Source: Octopus bimaculoides (lineage: Eukaryota). Taken from it: a DNA stretch of 64,000 nucleotides. The stretch spans positions 6,990,313 to 7,054,312 of the forward strand of contig NC_068994.1 of the NCBI RefSeq assembly GCF_001194135.2, written 5' to 3'. Each line of letters opens with the position of its first letter. The stretch's first letter is position 1. The position numbers were made by a program, and so were the translations under genes. The notes under the pieces were generated by a model. It was not told the DNA's origin and did not search any database. It was given only the letters and a program-made list of their open reading frames with translations. Shown in pieces: positions 11,880 to 25,431 of this stretch.

Positions 11880-12610
11880 AAGGAGGCAGTGGTAGTGACA
11901 GACAGAGAAAGAGTGCAAGAGAAATAGAGAGAGGGGGATTGGGAGAAGGGGAGAAAGGAGAGTGAGGGAGAGAGAGAAACAAAAAAGGAGAGAGAGAGAG
12001 AGAGAAAGAAAGATAGACAGAAAAAGAGAGACAAACAGAGAAATAGAGAGCGGGGGGATTGAGAGAAGGGATTGGGAGAAGGAGGAGAGATAGAGAGAAA
12101 GGAGAGTGAGGGAGAGAGGGAAACAAAAAGGAAGAGAAAGATAGATAGACAGAAGAGAGACAAACAGAAAGAGAGATAGATAGGCAGAAAGACTGGGAGA
12201 GAGAGAAAGAGAAATAAAGATAAATAGACAGAGAAAGAGAGAGAGAGAGAGACAGACAGAGAAAGAATGAGATAATGATGAAGAGAGAAAAACAGAGAGA
12301 GGCAAAAACAAGGAGAAAGCAAATGAGAGAGAGAGAGAGATAAGAAGAAAGAGAGAAAAATAAATATAAGAAACAAGTGAGAAAGGAGACGTAACTGAGA
12401 GAGAAAGGCGGGAGACAGAGCGGAAAAGAAAGAAAGAGAACATGAGAGGTAGAGAGAGAGAGAGAGGAAAAGAAAGAAAGAGAATGTGAGAGGAAAAGAG
12501 AGAGAGAGAGGAAAAGAAAGAAAGAGAACATGAGAGGTAGAGAGAAAAAGAGAGAGAATAAATGAAAAAACGGAAATAGGAAATATGGGAAAACTAACGA
12601 GAAACAATAA
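11880..12610 (+). repeat. Polypurine (GA-rich) tract with internal direct repeats
   Basis: Almost exclusively G/A. GAGAGGAAAAGAAAGAAAGAGAACATGAGAGGTAGAGAGA recurs. Similar tracts lie at 15610-15990 and 16250-16740. Confidence 0.9.
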
Positions 12611-14524
12611 ATATTGCCAGAAGAAGAAAAGAAAAAAGAAAATGCCAAAAAAAAAAGTTTAAAAAAAACCCCAAAAAAGAACATGAGTAAAAATCAAAAC
12701 CAATGTTTTTTGTCGGCCAACTTCCCACAACCAGTATCNNNNNNNNNNNNNNNNNNNNNNNNNNNNNNNNNNNNNNNNNNNNNNNNNNNNNNNNNNNNNN
12801 NNNNNNNNNNNNNNNNNNNNNNNNNNNNNNNNNNNNNNNNNNNNNNNNNNNNNNNNNNNNNNNNNNNNNNNNNNNNNNNNNNNNNNNNNNNNNNNNNNNN
12901 NNNNNNNNNNNNNNNNNNNNNNNNNNNNNNNNNNNNNNNNNNNNNNNNNNNNNNNNNNNNNNNNNNNNNNNNNNNNNNNNNNNNNNNNNNNNNNNNNNNN
13001 NNNNNNNNNNNNNNNNNNNNNNNNNNNNNNNNNNNNNNNNNNNNNNNNNNNNNNNNNNNNNNNNNNNNNNNNNNNNNNNNNNNNNNNNNNNNNNNNNNNN
13101 NNNNNNNNNNNNNNNNNNNNNNNNNNNNNNNNNNNNNNNNNNNNNNNNNNNNNNNNNNNNNNNNNNNNNNNNNNNNNNNNNNNNNNNNNNNNNNNNNNNN
13201 NNNNNAAGTTGCAGGCATGGCTGTGTGGTTAGGAAGCTTGCTTTTCAATGCCATGCCGTTTCAGTTTCAATCCTACTGCATGGCACATTGGGCAAGTGTC
13301 TTCTACTATAGCCCCAGGGTCAATCAACATCTTGTGAGTAAATTTGGTAGATGGAAATTGTACAGAAACCCATCACATGCTTGTGTGTGTGCATACTAGC
13401 ACTTGTGTGTTTGTGTCTGTGTTTATTATCCTACCCCCCCCCCAGTAGGATGTGGGACGTGCGTAAACATCACAGCAGCTCAAATGATCTCAATGTGAGG
13501 ACATACAAACACACATCTATGCACACACATATCTATGCTTCCCAACTACATGGTTCCGGGTTCAGTCCCACTGTCTGGCACCCTGGGCAAGTGTCTTCTA
13601 CTGTAGACCTAGGCTGACTGAAGCTTGTGAGTGGATTTGGTAGACGGAAACTGAAAGAAACCCAATGTGTGTGTGTGTGTGTGTGTGTCCTACCACTGCT
13701 TGACAACCAGTGTTGGTTTGTTTATATCTGTGTAACTTGCAGTTCGGCAAAAGAAACTGACAGTGTAAGTACCAGGCTTTAAAAAAATAGTAATTGTGTC
13801 GATACGTCCAATAACCGCACCAACTAAAAGACAAACACACACACACACAATGCTTCTGTACATTTCATTCTACCAAATTCACTCACAAAACAGAGGTCAA
13901 TTTGAGACTATAGAAGACACTTGCCCAAGGTACCACACGGTGGAACTGAACCCTAAAGCCATGTGATCACAAAACAAACACCTTACCCACACAGCCATAC
14001 TTATGCCTATACTTTCATAATAAATCAGTGAAGGAGTTTGAACATTAGTGGTTCACAAACATTTTTTTAACCATGGTCCCCTTTCATTACTATTTTATTC
14101 TGGTGGACCCCCCCTCCCCATAGACATCCAATGTTTAATCCTTTAGCATTTAAACTGACTATATCTGGCCAAAATAGTCTACCTGATTTAGGTTTAAACC
14201 AGCCTGATCTGGCCTCTCGCACCTACTCTACAATGTCATTCTAAAAATAAACAATCACATCATCAAAATCTCAAAGCTCTGAGATTAATTCATGATTAAT
14301 TGAAAAAAATATGAATAAATAAGCATTACATTTAACGAAATAATTTGAATGCGAAAGAGTTAAAAACTAGTTTTATAAATACATCTTTCAAAATTCCTAT
14401 TTTGTTTTTCACATATTCACTTGTGTCGGTTTGCAATAGAACTCTCTGAGAGGACATGTTTCAGTGGTTGGAAGCATGTTAAACCATGTAAAATGTTACA
14501 GAAAGAAACCTAACTGTTTCTTGC

Positions 14525-14950
14525 AATACATCGTCATCGTCATCATCATCATTTAACGTCCATTGCTCATGCTGGCATGGGTTGGATGGTGTGACCAAGG
14601 CTGGCATGCTGGAAGGCTGCACCAGACTCTAGTCCGATTTGCTATGATTTTCTACGGTCGGATGCCCTTCCTAACACCAACCACTCCAAGAGTGTAATGG
14701 GTGCTTTTATATGCCACTGGCATGGGTGCCGCGACTGCAATTTTGCTCAGCTTGATGGGCCTTCTTCTCAAGCACAACATAATGCCAAAGATCTCGGTCA
14801 TTGCCTCTATAAGGCCTAATACTTGAAAGGAACTCAGCCACTTTGCCTCTGTGAGGCCCAACACTGAAAAGGAACTCAACCACTTTTTCTCTGTGAGGCC
14901 CAACACTCGAAAGAAACTCAACCACTTTGCTTCCATGGGGCCCAACATAT
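14525..14950 (-). mobile_element. (GAT)n-tailed retroelement/SINE (family E) with an internal ~42-bp tandem repeat
   Basis: 3' end reads CCAACCCATGCCAGCATG..GGACGTTAAATGATGATG, and the unit CTCAGCCACTTTGCCTCTGTGAGGCCCAACACTGAAAAGGAA occurs ~3.5 times at 14805-14948. Related pieces lie at ~1-80, 8205-8405, 18030-18265, 18650-18850, 28990-29200, 45040-45230, 51345-51465, 51870-52110 and 54585-54810. Confidence 0.75.
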
Positions 14951-17429
14951 AATCTAAGACAAAATTTTTTTCATGGACCCTTAAAATACTACTGTGGCTC
15001 CCTAATTTACTATCTTGTTTGGACCCCAGTTAGAAATATCTCATATGGACCCTGGTTTGAACTAACGCTCTAAATAGACATTCAACATGCTAGAAATAGC
15101 AGTAAAAAAAAAAGAACTCCCTCAAACCACATCCTATCATCTTAATGAAAAAATACATTGGATTACGTTGTCCAAGGTGCATTATTCCAGAAGGAAAGAC
15201 AATATGGTCATAGCTGTGTTGCTAATACAGAGTTTTAATCAATGTGTCAGTTTGATTTAGCAGTGCTGACCTGATCAGAGTTATATATCTCACTTGTACA
15301 CAAAAATAGTTTGTTTGTATTAAGAGATGAGGGTGGAATCAACAAACTACATGAAAATTGGTTGTTAATTGAAGAATTAGGTAACATCTGTGGATTGTGA
15401 ATACGAATCGATAACACCGACAAATGCATTCCTTTACCAAGATTTTCAAACATCAATAACTTGTCAATATGTGGATACACAACAATGACCTTCACTCCCC
15501 ACGCACCAATATTATTGTTGTTGTTGTTGTTGTGTTGTGGTGGTTGTTTTTTCTGTTGCTGTCTTTCTAAGCAACAATCACAAAAGTCATTTAACCTAAA
15601 GATTTCAAATTTAGAGAGAGAGAGACAGACAGACAGACATAGAGAAAGAGAGAAAGAAATGTAGAGATAGCAGAAGAAAGAAAGAATGAAAAAAGAAAGA
15701 GAGAAAGAAAGAGGGGAGAGAGAAGAGACAGAAATAAAAAGAAAGAAAGGAAACAAGAGAAAAAGACAGAGAAAAATAAAATGGCAAAAATAATCAATAA
15801 TTACAAGAAAATTTAACAAAACAAGACGAAAAGGGAAAAACAGAAAAAATCCAAACAGATTCACAAAACAGCAAAATTAAATAATTTAAAGAGTTTTAAT
15901 GATTTTTACACAAAAATAGAAGAGAAAGAGAGAGAGAGAAAGAAAAAATGAAGGAGAGAGAAAGAAGTGAAAGAGTGAATGAGAAATACATAATAATTAA
16001 AAATTTGTATGTTTTATTTTTAGCCCATCACCCCCACCTCATCTCGATTAAACCACACCCTGGAACAATGATGGTGAGTTTGTTTAGGAGGAGGAAAGGA
16101 AGGATAAGATGTTTTCTTTTAATCAGAAAATGTACTGAAAATGAACTCGAAAAGGCAAAAAAAAATATATATATTGGACTGGATTTGAATTCAATCAGGT
16201 AGAAATTATTCCAGAAATACAGGTGTATTTGATGAAAAGACACACAGACAGGCAAAGAGAGACTGGCAGACAGAGATGGGAAATGTATAAGAACAGGGAT
16301 GGTGAAGGTGGGAAGGAAAACAGAAAGGTATAGGAGAGAGAGGGGGAGAGAAAAGAGGAAAAGAGAGGGGGAGGGGAAGGAAAAGAGAGTGGGGAGAGGA
16401 GATTTATGTTTTGGCACTATATGAAACTTGATTGGGTAGAAAGATGATCAAAGGTATTCCAGATATGGCCATCATGTCTTGAGAAAGATGGTAGACCACG
16501 ATTTGATGGTGAGAGGGAGAGAGAGACAAAGATAAAAATGAGGAGGAGAAAAAGTAAGAGATATGAAGAGAGAGAGAGAGAGGGGGAAAGGAAAGGGTTA
16601 GAGCCAGGACAGAGAGATATGAGGAGAGAGAGACACACACAGGAGAGAGAGAAAGAGGAAAGGGTTAGAGCCAGTATAGAGAGATACAGAAGAAGGAGAG
16701 AGAAAGAGGGGGAGAGGGGGAGAGAGACAGAGAGCAGGAGAAATCTTTTATCTTTTATGTGTTTCAGTCATTGGACTGTGGCCATGCTGGGGCCACCTTG
16801 GGCAAATGTCTTTTATTATAGCCTTGGACTGTCAAAAGCCTTGTGAGCAGATTTGGTAGATGGAAACTGAGAGAAACCTATTGTTTTGTGCTTGTGTTTG
16901 TTCTCCACTGCCCCTTGACAACTGGTGTCGATGTGTTTATGTCCCTGTGACTTAGCGGTTCAGCAAAAAAGCTTGAGAGACTAAATAAATACAAGTCTTA
17001 ACGAAATGAAAAATAAAAAAAGTACTGGGGTCGATTCATTCTACTAAAATTCTTCAAGGGTGGTGGGTGCCCCAGCATGGTCGCAGTCCCATGACCGAAG
17101 CAAGTAAAATATGAAAGATATATGATGACGATGACGATGATTTTATTGACATAACAGAAAAGTGACAAATACATTGTGTGTGTACGTAATAAACAAAGCA
17201 CACATGTTTGAGAAACAGATGAATACATGTACATACGTAGATAAAAACGAAACAAACAAACAAAAAGTAAATGATTGCAATATTGAGAGATAGAGATGCA
17301 CAAAGCAAATGCTAGAGACAGAGGCATGGCAGCTCTTAAATGTTGAAAGCTGAATGAATTAATATGAAATTACAACAGAACTACAGTGGAAATGTCACAG
17401 TGAGTGTATATCTGATATATAATCTTATA

Positions 17430-17814
17430 GTGGAGGTGCAATGGCCCAGTGGTTAGGGCAGAGGACTCGTGGTCATAGGATCGTGGTTTCGATTCCCAGT
17501 CCGGGCGATGTGAGTGTTTATTGTGCAAAAACACCTAAAGCTCCACGAGGCTCCGGCAGGGGATATTGGCAAACCCTGCTGTAGTCTTCCACCACAAATT
17601 TCTCTCACTCTTACTTCCTGTTTCTGCTGTACCTGTAATTCAAAGGGGCCAGCCTTGTCATATTCTGTGTCACGCTGAATCTCCCCGAGAACTACGCTAA
17701 GGGTACACGTGTCTGTGGAGTGCTCAGCCACTTGCATGTTAATTTCATGAGCAGGCTGTTTCGTTGATTGGATCAACTGGAACCCTCGTCGTCGTAACCG
17801 ACAGAGTGCCGTAG
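17430..17814 (+). mobile_element. Full-length tRNA-derived SINE (family B)
   Basis: A box TGGCCCAGTGG, B-box-like GTTTCGATTCC, and a 12-bp TSD TATAATCTTATA (17418-17429, 17815-17826). Confidence 0.9.
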
Positions 17815-18647
17815 TATAATCTTATACACAAACTCACACAGACACATATATTACATTGCTGTATGGTTAAGAAACTTGCTTTGCAACAATGTGGTCTCAA
17901 GTTCAGTCTCACTGTGTAGTACCTTGGGCCATGTCTCTTCCAATAATCCCTAGCTGACCAAAGCTTATAGAGATTGGATTTAGTAGATGGAAACTGAAAG
18001 AAATTTATACTTCATCCTCATCCTCATCATCATCCTTTAGTGTCTGTTTTCCATGCTGGTATGGGTTAGATGGTTTGACTGGAACCAGTAAGCCAGAGAG
18101 CTGTACCAAGTTCCATTCTGGTTTGGCTTGGTTTCTACAGCTGGATGCTCTTCCTACCACCAACCACTCCAAGAGTGTAATGGTTGCTTTTTATGTGCCA
18201 CTGGCATGCGTGCTTTTATGTGCCACCCATCACGAGTGCTAGTTACATGACACCAACATCAGCCAATGAATATCCATACAGAAATCCCTCAATTATCATG
18301 GGTGTTATGTTTCAAAACCTCCCACGAAAATAATTAAAATCTAAAAAAAATATAAATACCTATTAGAATGAAAATGAAAACTGAACCCAACAGTTTTCTG
18401 TGTATTTTTAAGGGGCTAAAATGGCTCTCCCCTGTTGCAGTTTGCATTGGATTCAACACACAAGAGTCCTAAATCCACTTGTTATCAATTTGTTTCTCAT
18501 CTCTCTGGGGGTTGATTAAAATAAAGTACCAGTTGAGTATTTGGGCAGACGGTTCCCCAGCAAGACTAAAGAGTCTTCTTTACTCTTCCATACTTGACTG
18601 CCTACAGTTCATTCAAGCAACAAGATCAAGAGGATGGTGTGCACCAC

Positions 18648-18692
<45 letters not shown>

Positions 18693-20466
18693 ATAATCTC
18701 TGTTTTCCATGCTGACATCAGTTGGCTGGTTTGACAGGAGCTGGTGAGCCAGCAGACTGCACCAAGCTCTATATACTCTGCTTTGGCTGTGGTTTCTGCA
18801 GCTGGATGCCCTTCCTAATGCCAACCCCTTCACAGAGTATACTGGGTGCCTNNNNNNNNNNNNNNNNNNNNNNNNNNNNNNNNNNNNNNNNNNNNNNNNN
18901 NNNNNNNNNNNNNNNNNNNNNNNNNNNNNNNNNNNNNNNNNNNNNNNNNNNNNNNNNNNNNNNNNNNNNNNNNNNNNNNNNNNNNNNNNNNNNNNNNNNN
19001 NNNNNNNNNNNNNNNNNNNNNNNNNNNNNNNNNNNNNNNNNNNNNNNNNNNNNNNNNNNNNNNNNNNNNNNNNNNNNNNNNNNNNNNNNNNNNNNNNNNN
19101 NNNNNNNNNNNNNNNNNNNNNNNNNNNNNNNNNNNNNNNNNNNNNNNNNNNNNNNNNNNNNNNNNNNNNNNNNNNNNNNNNNNNNNNNNNNNNNNNNNNN
19201 NNNNNNNNNNNNNNNNNNNNNNNNNNNNNNNNNNNNNNNNNNNNNNNNNNNNNNNNNNNNNNNNNNNNNNNNNNNNNNNNNNNNNNNNNNNNNNNNNNNN
19301 NNNNNNNNNNNNNNNNNNNNNNNNNNNNNNNNNNNNNNNNNNNNNNNNNNNNNNNNNNNNNNNNNNNNNNNNNNNNNNNNNNNNNNNNNNNNNNNNNNNN
19401 NNNNNNNNNNNNNNNNNNNNNNNNNNNNNNNNNNNNNNNNNNNNNNNNNNNNNNNNNNNNNNNNNNNNNNNNNNNNNNNNNNNNNNNNNGTTCGTGATTG
19501 GCTGTCACCAATCATTATTGACAAACACACAACAGACTTATGAAGAAGCCTCTACATGACTGCTGTTCAACTTGCTAGAAACAGCAGCCAGATCTTCCTC
19601 AAATCACATCCTGTTGGTTTAACGAGAACAAGGAGACATTTGACAATGTACTTCACTGCCTGAGTACAAAAAAATAATAATAAATAAATAAATAAATATT
19701 TTAAAAAAACCCATCGGATAGTTATTGTTGGAATGCATTTGATGTTACAAATTTGCTTGATCGTGGCAGACCTTGGGCTAAACAGCAAACCGTTTTGCAG
19801 TCTGTTTATCCAATGTAATCAGCTCTTTAGAAACCTCCCAGCTTAAGTGAGACATAGAAATTAATGAATAAACAGAACAGTAAATAAATAATTTGAGCTC
19901 CAGTTGAAGCTTGATGATGATGATGATGATGATAATGATGATATAATTATTATTGTAGTTCATTACTGAGGTGTGTGAGGTGAGATTTGAGGGTGTTGAA
20001 TCATCATCATCATCGTCATAATCATTATGGTCGTCATAGTCATTGCCATCATTTAATATCCATTTTCCCATGCTTTCCTGAGGCAGGTTTTCAATGGCTG
20101 GATACCTTTCCTGTCACCAACCCTCACCTGTTTCCAAGAAAGGTGATATTTTGCCCATGATTGGACGTGAGGAAAAATATTATCTTACTTGGAAACAACG
20201 ATGACACACATTTGCAGACTAAATCCTTTACATTATCATAAATAATTGAATTTTGCTGAATATAATATAGCAGTATTGTTGTAGAAATAGTTGTGGTTAA
20301 ACACTTCTACATTATCTTAACTAAAAGGATTTTGTTGATCAGAACATAATACAGCATAATCGTGGTAGGAATGGTTATTGTTAAGTACTTTACATTATCA
20401 GAGATAACAGAATTTTGCTAACTACAACATATGACATTCTCATGGTCTAAATATTTTACAAAGTGT

Positions 20467-20695
20467 TTAACCCTTTAGCATTTAAACCGGCCATATCCGG
20501 CCAAAAGTATTCTGCCTGTTTTATGTTAGAACTGGCCAGATCTGGTCTCTCACACCAACCCTACAATATCGTCTTAAAAATTAGCAGCTACCTCATCAAA
20601 ATCTCATAGCTACAAGATAATGCTTGATTAGTTCAAAAGAATGTGGGTAAAAAAGCATTAATTTTGGCAGAATAATGCGAACACTAAAGGGTTAA
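20467..20695. mobile_element. piggyBac-like MITE family 1 (best copy)
   Basis: TTAA|CCCTTTAG...CTAAAGGG|TTAA, 221 bp between the TTAA sites. Related copies lie at ~6188-6817 (interrupted), 14117-14363, 32367-32592, 47263-47470, 52308-52736 (interrupted), 52735-52856 (deleted) and 55945-56146. Confidence 0.85.
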
Positions 20696-21179
20696 ACACT
20701 TCATACATCTCAAACAACAGAATTTCGATGAACGCTGTCGAGTCAGGAAAAACTGTGGTGATTACAGCTTATTTTCTTTCTGACCCATAAGTAAATTATA
20801 ACAGTTCAGTTTAATGAAAAATTAAAAAGAGGGGGTAGAGGAAGAAATGAAGGGAGAAAAAGTAAGAAGCAAGAGGAGGAGAGAGAGAGAGAAAGAGAAG
20901 GTAATTATTATTCATTGTTCGGACACATGCCAATGACCACAATGTCAATGAAGTGTGTAAGTCCAGCTGCAATTAATATAGTTTTACAGCTCCACTCTGT
21001 AGATCTCAGCAGTTCTGTCCATTATTTATGTGGCAATAACAAATCAGATGTGAACAGCCATGACTTTGTAATAAAGAAGGGGGCTTTGCTTTGTAACTAT
21101 TGGGGTTTATGTTTCATCCCTCTGCATGGTACCTTCAGCATGTGTCTCCTATAGTACCCTTGCATTGATCGATGCTTTG

Positions 21180-21525
21180 TATGGGATTTGAACTCAGAAT
21201 GTAGCAACAGGCTAAATTCTGCCAAGCATCTCGTCCAGCGTGCTAACGATTCTGCCAGCTCACTGTCTTAGATAATAATAATGATGATGATGATAATAAT
21301 AATAATAATAATCCTTTCTACTAAAGGCATGAGGCCTGAAATTCTTCAAGAGAATGGTCCAGTTGATGACGTCGAACCCCAGTGCATAACTGGTACTTAA
21401 TTTATCGACCATGAAAGGATGAAAGGCAAAGTCGACCTTGGCAGAATTTGAACTCAGAACGAAGTGATGGGTGAAATACCGCTAAGCAATTTGTTTGGCA
21501 CTAACAATTCTGCCAGCTCACTGCC

Positions 21526-21580
<55 letters not shown>

Positions 21581-23570
21581 TGATGATAATGATAATGATG
21601 GTTTCTGATTTAGGCACAAAGCCAGCAGTCTTGAAGGGAGGTGGTTAGCCAATAACTATNNNNNNNNNNNNNNNNNNNNNNNNNNNNNNNNNNNNNNNNN
21701 NNNNNNNNNNNNNNNNNNNNNNNNNNNNNNNNNNNNNNNNNNNNNNNNNNNNNNNNNNNNNNNNNNNNNNNNNNNNNNNNNNNNNNNNNNNNNNNNNNNN
21801 NNNNNNNNNNNNNNNNNNNNNNNNNNNNNNNNNNNNNNNNNNNNNNNNNNNNNNNNNNNNNNNNNNNNNNNNNNNNNNNNNNNNNNNNNNNNNNNNNNNN
21901 NNNNNNNNNNNNNNNNNNNNNNNNNNNNNNNNNNNNNNNNNNNNNNNNNNNNNNNNNNNNNNNNNNNNNNNNNNNNNNNNNNNNNNNNNNNNNNNNNNNN
22001 NNNNNNNNNNNNNNNNNNNNNNNNNNNNNNNNNNNNNNNNNNNNNNNNNNNNNNNNNNNNNNNNNNNNNNNNNNNNNNNNNNAGCACTTTATTTTATCAA
22101 CCCCAGAAAGGATGATAGGCGAAGGTGGCCTTGGGAGGATTCGAAACCAAAACATAAAAAGCTGGAAGAAGTACAGATAAAACTGACTCCGATGGGGTTT
22201 GAACTCGTGAACTGACGATGATAATAATGGTCTCAAAGTTTGGCACAGGGCCAGCAGTTATTGACCCTCAATCCTCAACTGGTGCTAATTGTGTCGACAC
22301 AGAAAAAGTGAAAGGCAAAGTCGCCTTCTGTAGAATTTGAGCTCAGGACATAACCACAGATGAAATGCCGCTAAGCATTTTGCCCCACATACTAACGACT
22401 CTGCCAGCTTGATGCCTTAATTAACAACAATAATAATGGTGTCTAATTTAAGCACAAGGAAAACAATTTCAAGGCAAAGAAGGTTAGTCAATTTCATTGA
22501 CCCCAGTTCTTAACTGGTACTTTATTTTATCCTCCCAAAGAAATGATAAACAAAAATTTACCTTGGCAGGATTTGAAACCAGAATGTGAAGAACTGGAAT
22601 AAATACTACATAACACTTTGGCTGGCACACTTAATGATTCTGCCAGCTCACCAACTGACAATAATAATCTCTTCTACTATAGAGACAAGGACTGAAATTT
22701 AAGGGAGGGGGCTAGTCCATTATATAGACCCCAGTGCTCCACTGGTACTTATTTCATTGATTCCAAAAGGATGAAGGGCTAAGTTGACCTCAGCGGAATT
22801 TGAACTCAAAACATAAGGACAGACAAAATGTCTCCAAGCATTTTGTCCGGCGTGCTAATGATTCTACCAGCTCACTACCTTGATTTAAAATTTTGGCACA
22901 AGGCCAGCAAATTAGGGGAGGGGTTAAGTCAATTACATCGATCCCCAGTGCTCATCTGGTACTTATTTTATCAACCCCCACAAGGATGAAAGGCAAAGTT
23001 GACCTCGGTGGACCTTGGCAAAGTCAACCTCAGTAGACCTTGGCAAAGCTGACCTCAGTGGGCAAAGTTGACCGTAAAGGTGGACGAAATACCACCAAGC
23101 ATTTTGCCCCACATACTAACAATTTTGCCAGCTCAATGCCTTAATTAGCAACAATAATGATGGTGCCTAATTTAAGCACAAGGGAAGCAATTTCGAGACG
23201 AAGTAGATTAGTTGATTTCATCAACGCCAGTTCTTGATTGGTACTTTATTTTATCATCTCAAAGAAAAAAGAGACAAAATTTACCTTGCCAGGATTTGAA
23301 ACCAGAATATGAAGAACTGGAATAAATACTACATAACACTTTGGCTGGCACACTTAATGATTCTGCCAGCTCACCAACTGATAATGATAATAGTAACAAT
23401 AATTGCTTTAACCCTTTCGTTACCATATTTATTTTGAGATGGTCTGTGTTTCTTTCAATTAATTTTAAATATAACAAAGAATTAACTTGTTATATGAAAT
23501 GCTGCTAAGCATTTTGCCCCACATACTAACGACTCTGCCAGCTTGACACCTTAATTAACAACAATAATAA
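21180..23570 (-). mobile_element. Chain of family D SINEs (minus), partly locally duplicated, spanning an N gap
   Basis: Same unit as above, repeated with (AAT)n spacers. A smaller minus chain lies at ~34760-35330, plus copies at ~44570-44960, and single copies at ~5345-5490, 5740-5960, 7660-7820, 9272-9510 and 49750-49975. Confidence 0.85.
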
Positions 23571-24118
23571 GGTTTGGAGGGGGGGGGAGATTTAAATTCA
23601 AAACTTATGAAAACAAAGCATTTGTACTCAGAGCCAGAGGCAGTTTCAGCTGGGTTGGTACCAAAAGGGTTAACATGACAGCAGTTATCATAGCAATTAA
23701 TATAGTAATTAGAGATAGACACCAATATTACTGTCTGTATATAGCAGTAGGATAAACAGACTTGCATATCTGAACAAATCTAACTATATTACCATATAAA
23801 GTGTTGTCGACGTTATATTAGATCAGTATTGATATGATGTGTAGCAACAGTGGCATCAAATACTGGTTGTGACATTGTCACCATTTGACCTCCATTTTTC
23901 CATACTTGCAAGAGTCAGATGTAGTTTATTTGAGGCAGGTTTTCTATGGTTGGCTGCCCTGCCTGTTGCCAAGCCCCAACTATTTCCATGTGAGGTAATG
24001 TTTCCTGTGGTCAAACATGTTTCTCACTGAAGACTGGGAATTGCCAACATTACTTGTATGACGAAGGGCTTGCTTACAACCATCACATGACGTCAAGACA
24101 AAAGTGCACACAAACACG

Positions 24119-24163
<45 letters not shown>

Positions 24164-24457
24164 CTGATGGGCTTCTTTCAGTTTCTCTCTACCAAATTCA
24201 CTGACATGGCTTTGGTCAGTTTGAGACTATAGCAGAAGATATATGCCTGCAATGCCATATATGGAAAACAATTAAATTTTGGAAAAATTAAATGAAAAGT
24301 TTTTTAAAAGAATATTTGCATAGTATTCAAATACAAGGAGCATTTTCCTTGTTTCTGCCTGACTCTGTCTCTCTTGTGCGTTTGAGGCTGTTGTGAATTC
24401 TTGGCAGGGAGAAGGAGGAGGATGCGGGAGTGGCTATGTGGAAATATATATATATAC

Positions 24458-24500
<43 letters not shown>

Positions 24501-24588
24501 CATATAGCCACAAGTCACTTTCAGGGCACTTGACCATTTAACATCCTACTACTATCATACCACTCCCGCATTTTTTTCTCTCCTTGTT

Positions 24589-24626
24589 TCTTTCTGTTGA
24601 AGAGCGTAGGCTCGAAACATTAAAGA
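24589..24626 (+). ncRNA. Degenerate minimal type-I hammerhead motif (different family)
   Basis: TCTTT (stem I) CTGTTGA A GAGC-gtag-GCTC GAAACAT T AAAGA (stem I). Both stems pair perfectly, but the core has A6>U and stem III has ACGT>ACAT. Confidence 0.5.
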
Positions 24627-24940
24627 CTTACTCTATTCCCAAGCGTTATACTAATACATCCATTTGTTGTTTACACCACCTGTCTTCGTCTGTGCGATAG
24701 ATAGATAGATAGATAGATAGATAATGTATGTATGTATAAGAGATAGAGAGAGACAGATGAGAAAGAGGAAGGGGAGTAACCCTCACCTGTTTTGTAAATA
24801 AGGAGTCTTGTATTCCTAAAGTCAGCAGATAATTTGTCAACAGGGGAAACGACAACAATATCACTGCTCATAGCACAGTGACTTTCAACAAAGTACAAAT
24901 GTAAACAAATACACAGACACACATTCACATACATATACAC

Positions 24941-25041
<101 letters not shown>

Positions 25042-25393
25042 TATGTATGTAATATAATATATAATATAGTCCACTTAGGGTAACTTGGGGTAAACACCAT
25101 GCGAAAATTCCTGATTACTCTGCTATCCCCAAATAATAATAATACATATATATATATATAGTTTTAGGGAAAAAATTGATAAATTTTAATAAATTGATTT
25201 TAATTGAGTTTTTACCTGTAATTTTGGATTTTATCCCTAATATTATTTATTATATTTATTATATTATATTTATCTTATGATATTTAATTTACTTTATATT
25301 ATACTCATTTATTGTGCTTTTAATTATTAATTTTTCTATATGTGATAGTGGATTTTCATCGATGAGTTCTTGAAAATTGGTTATTTTCCCTAA

Positions 25394-25431
<38 letters not shown>

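Noticed and set aside
11582-12684. 341/315/195-aa Leu/Ser/Phe-rich minus-strand ORFs that look like membrane proteins
   Set aside because: They are the reverse complement of a GA-rich tract, which cannot encode stops on the CT strand.
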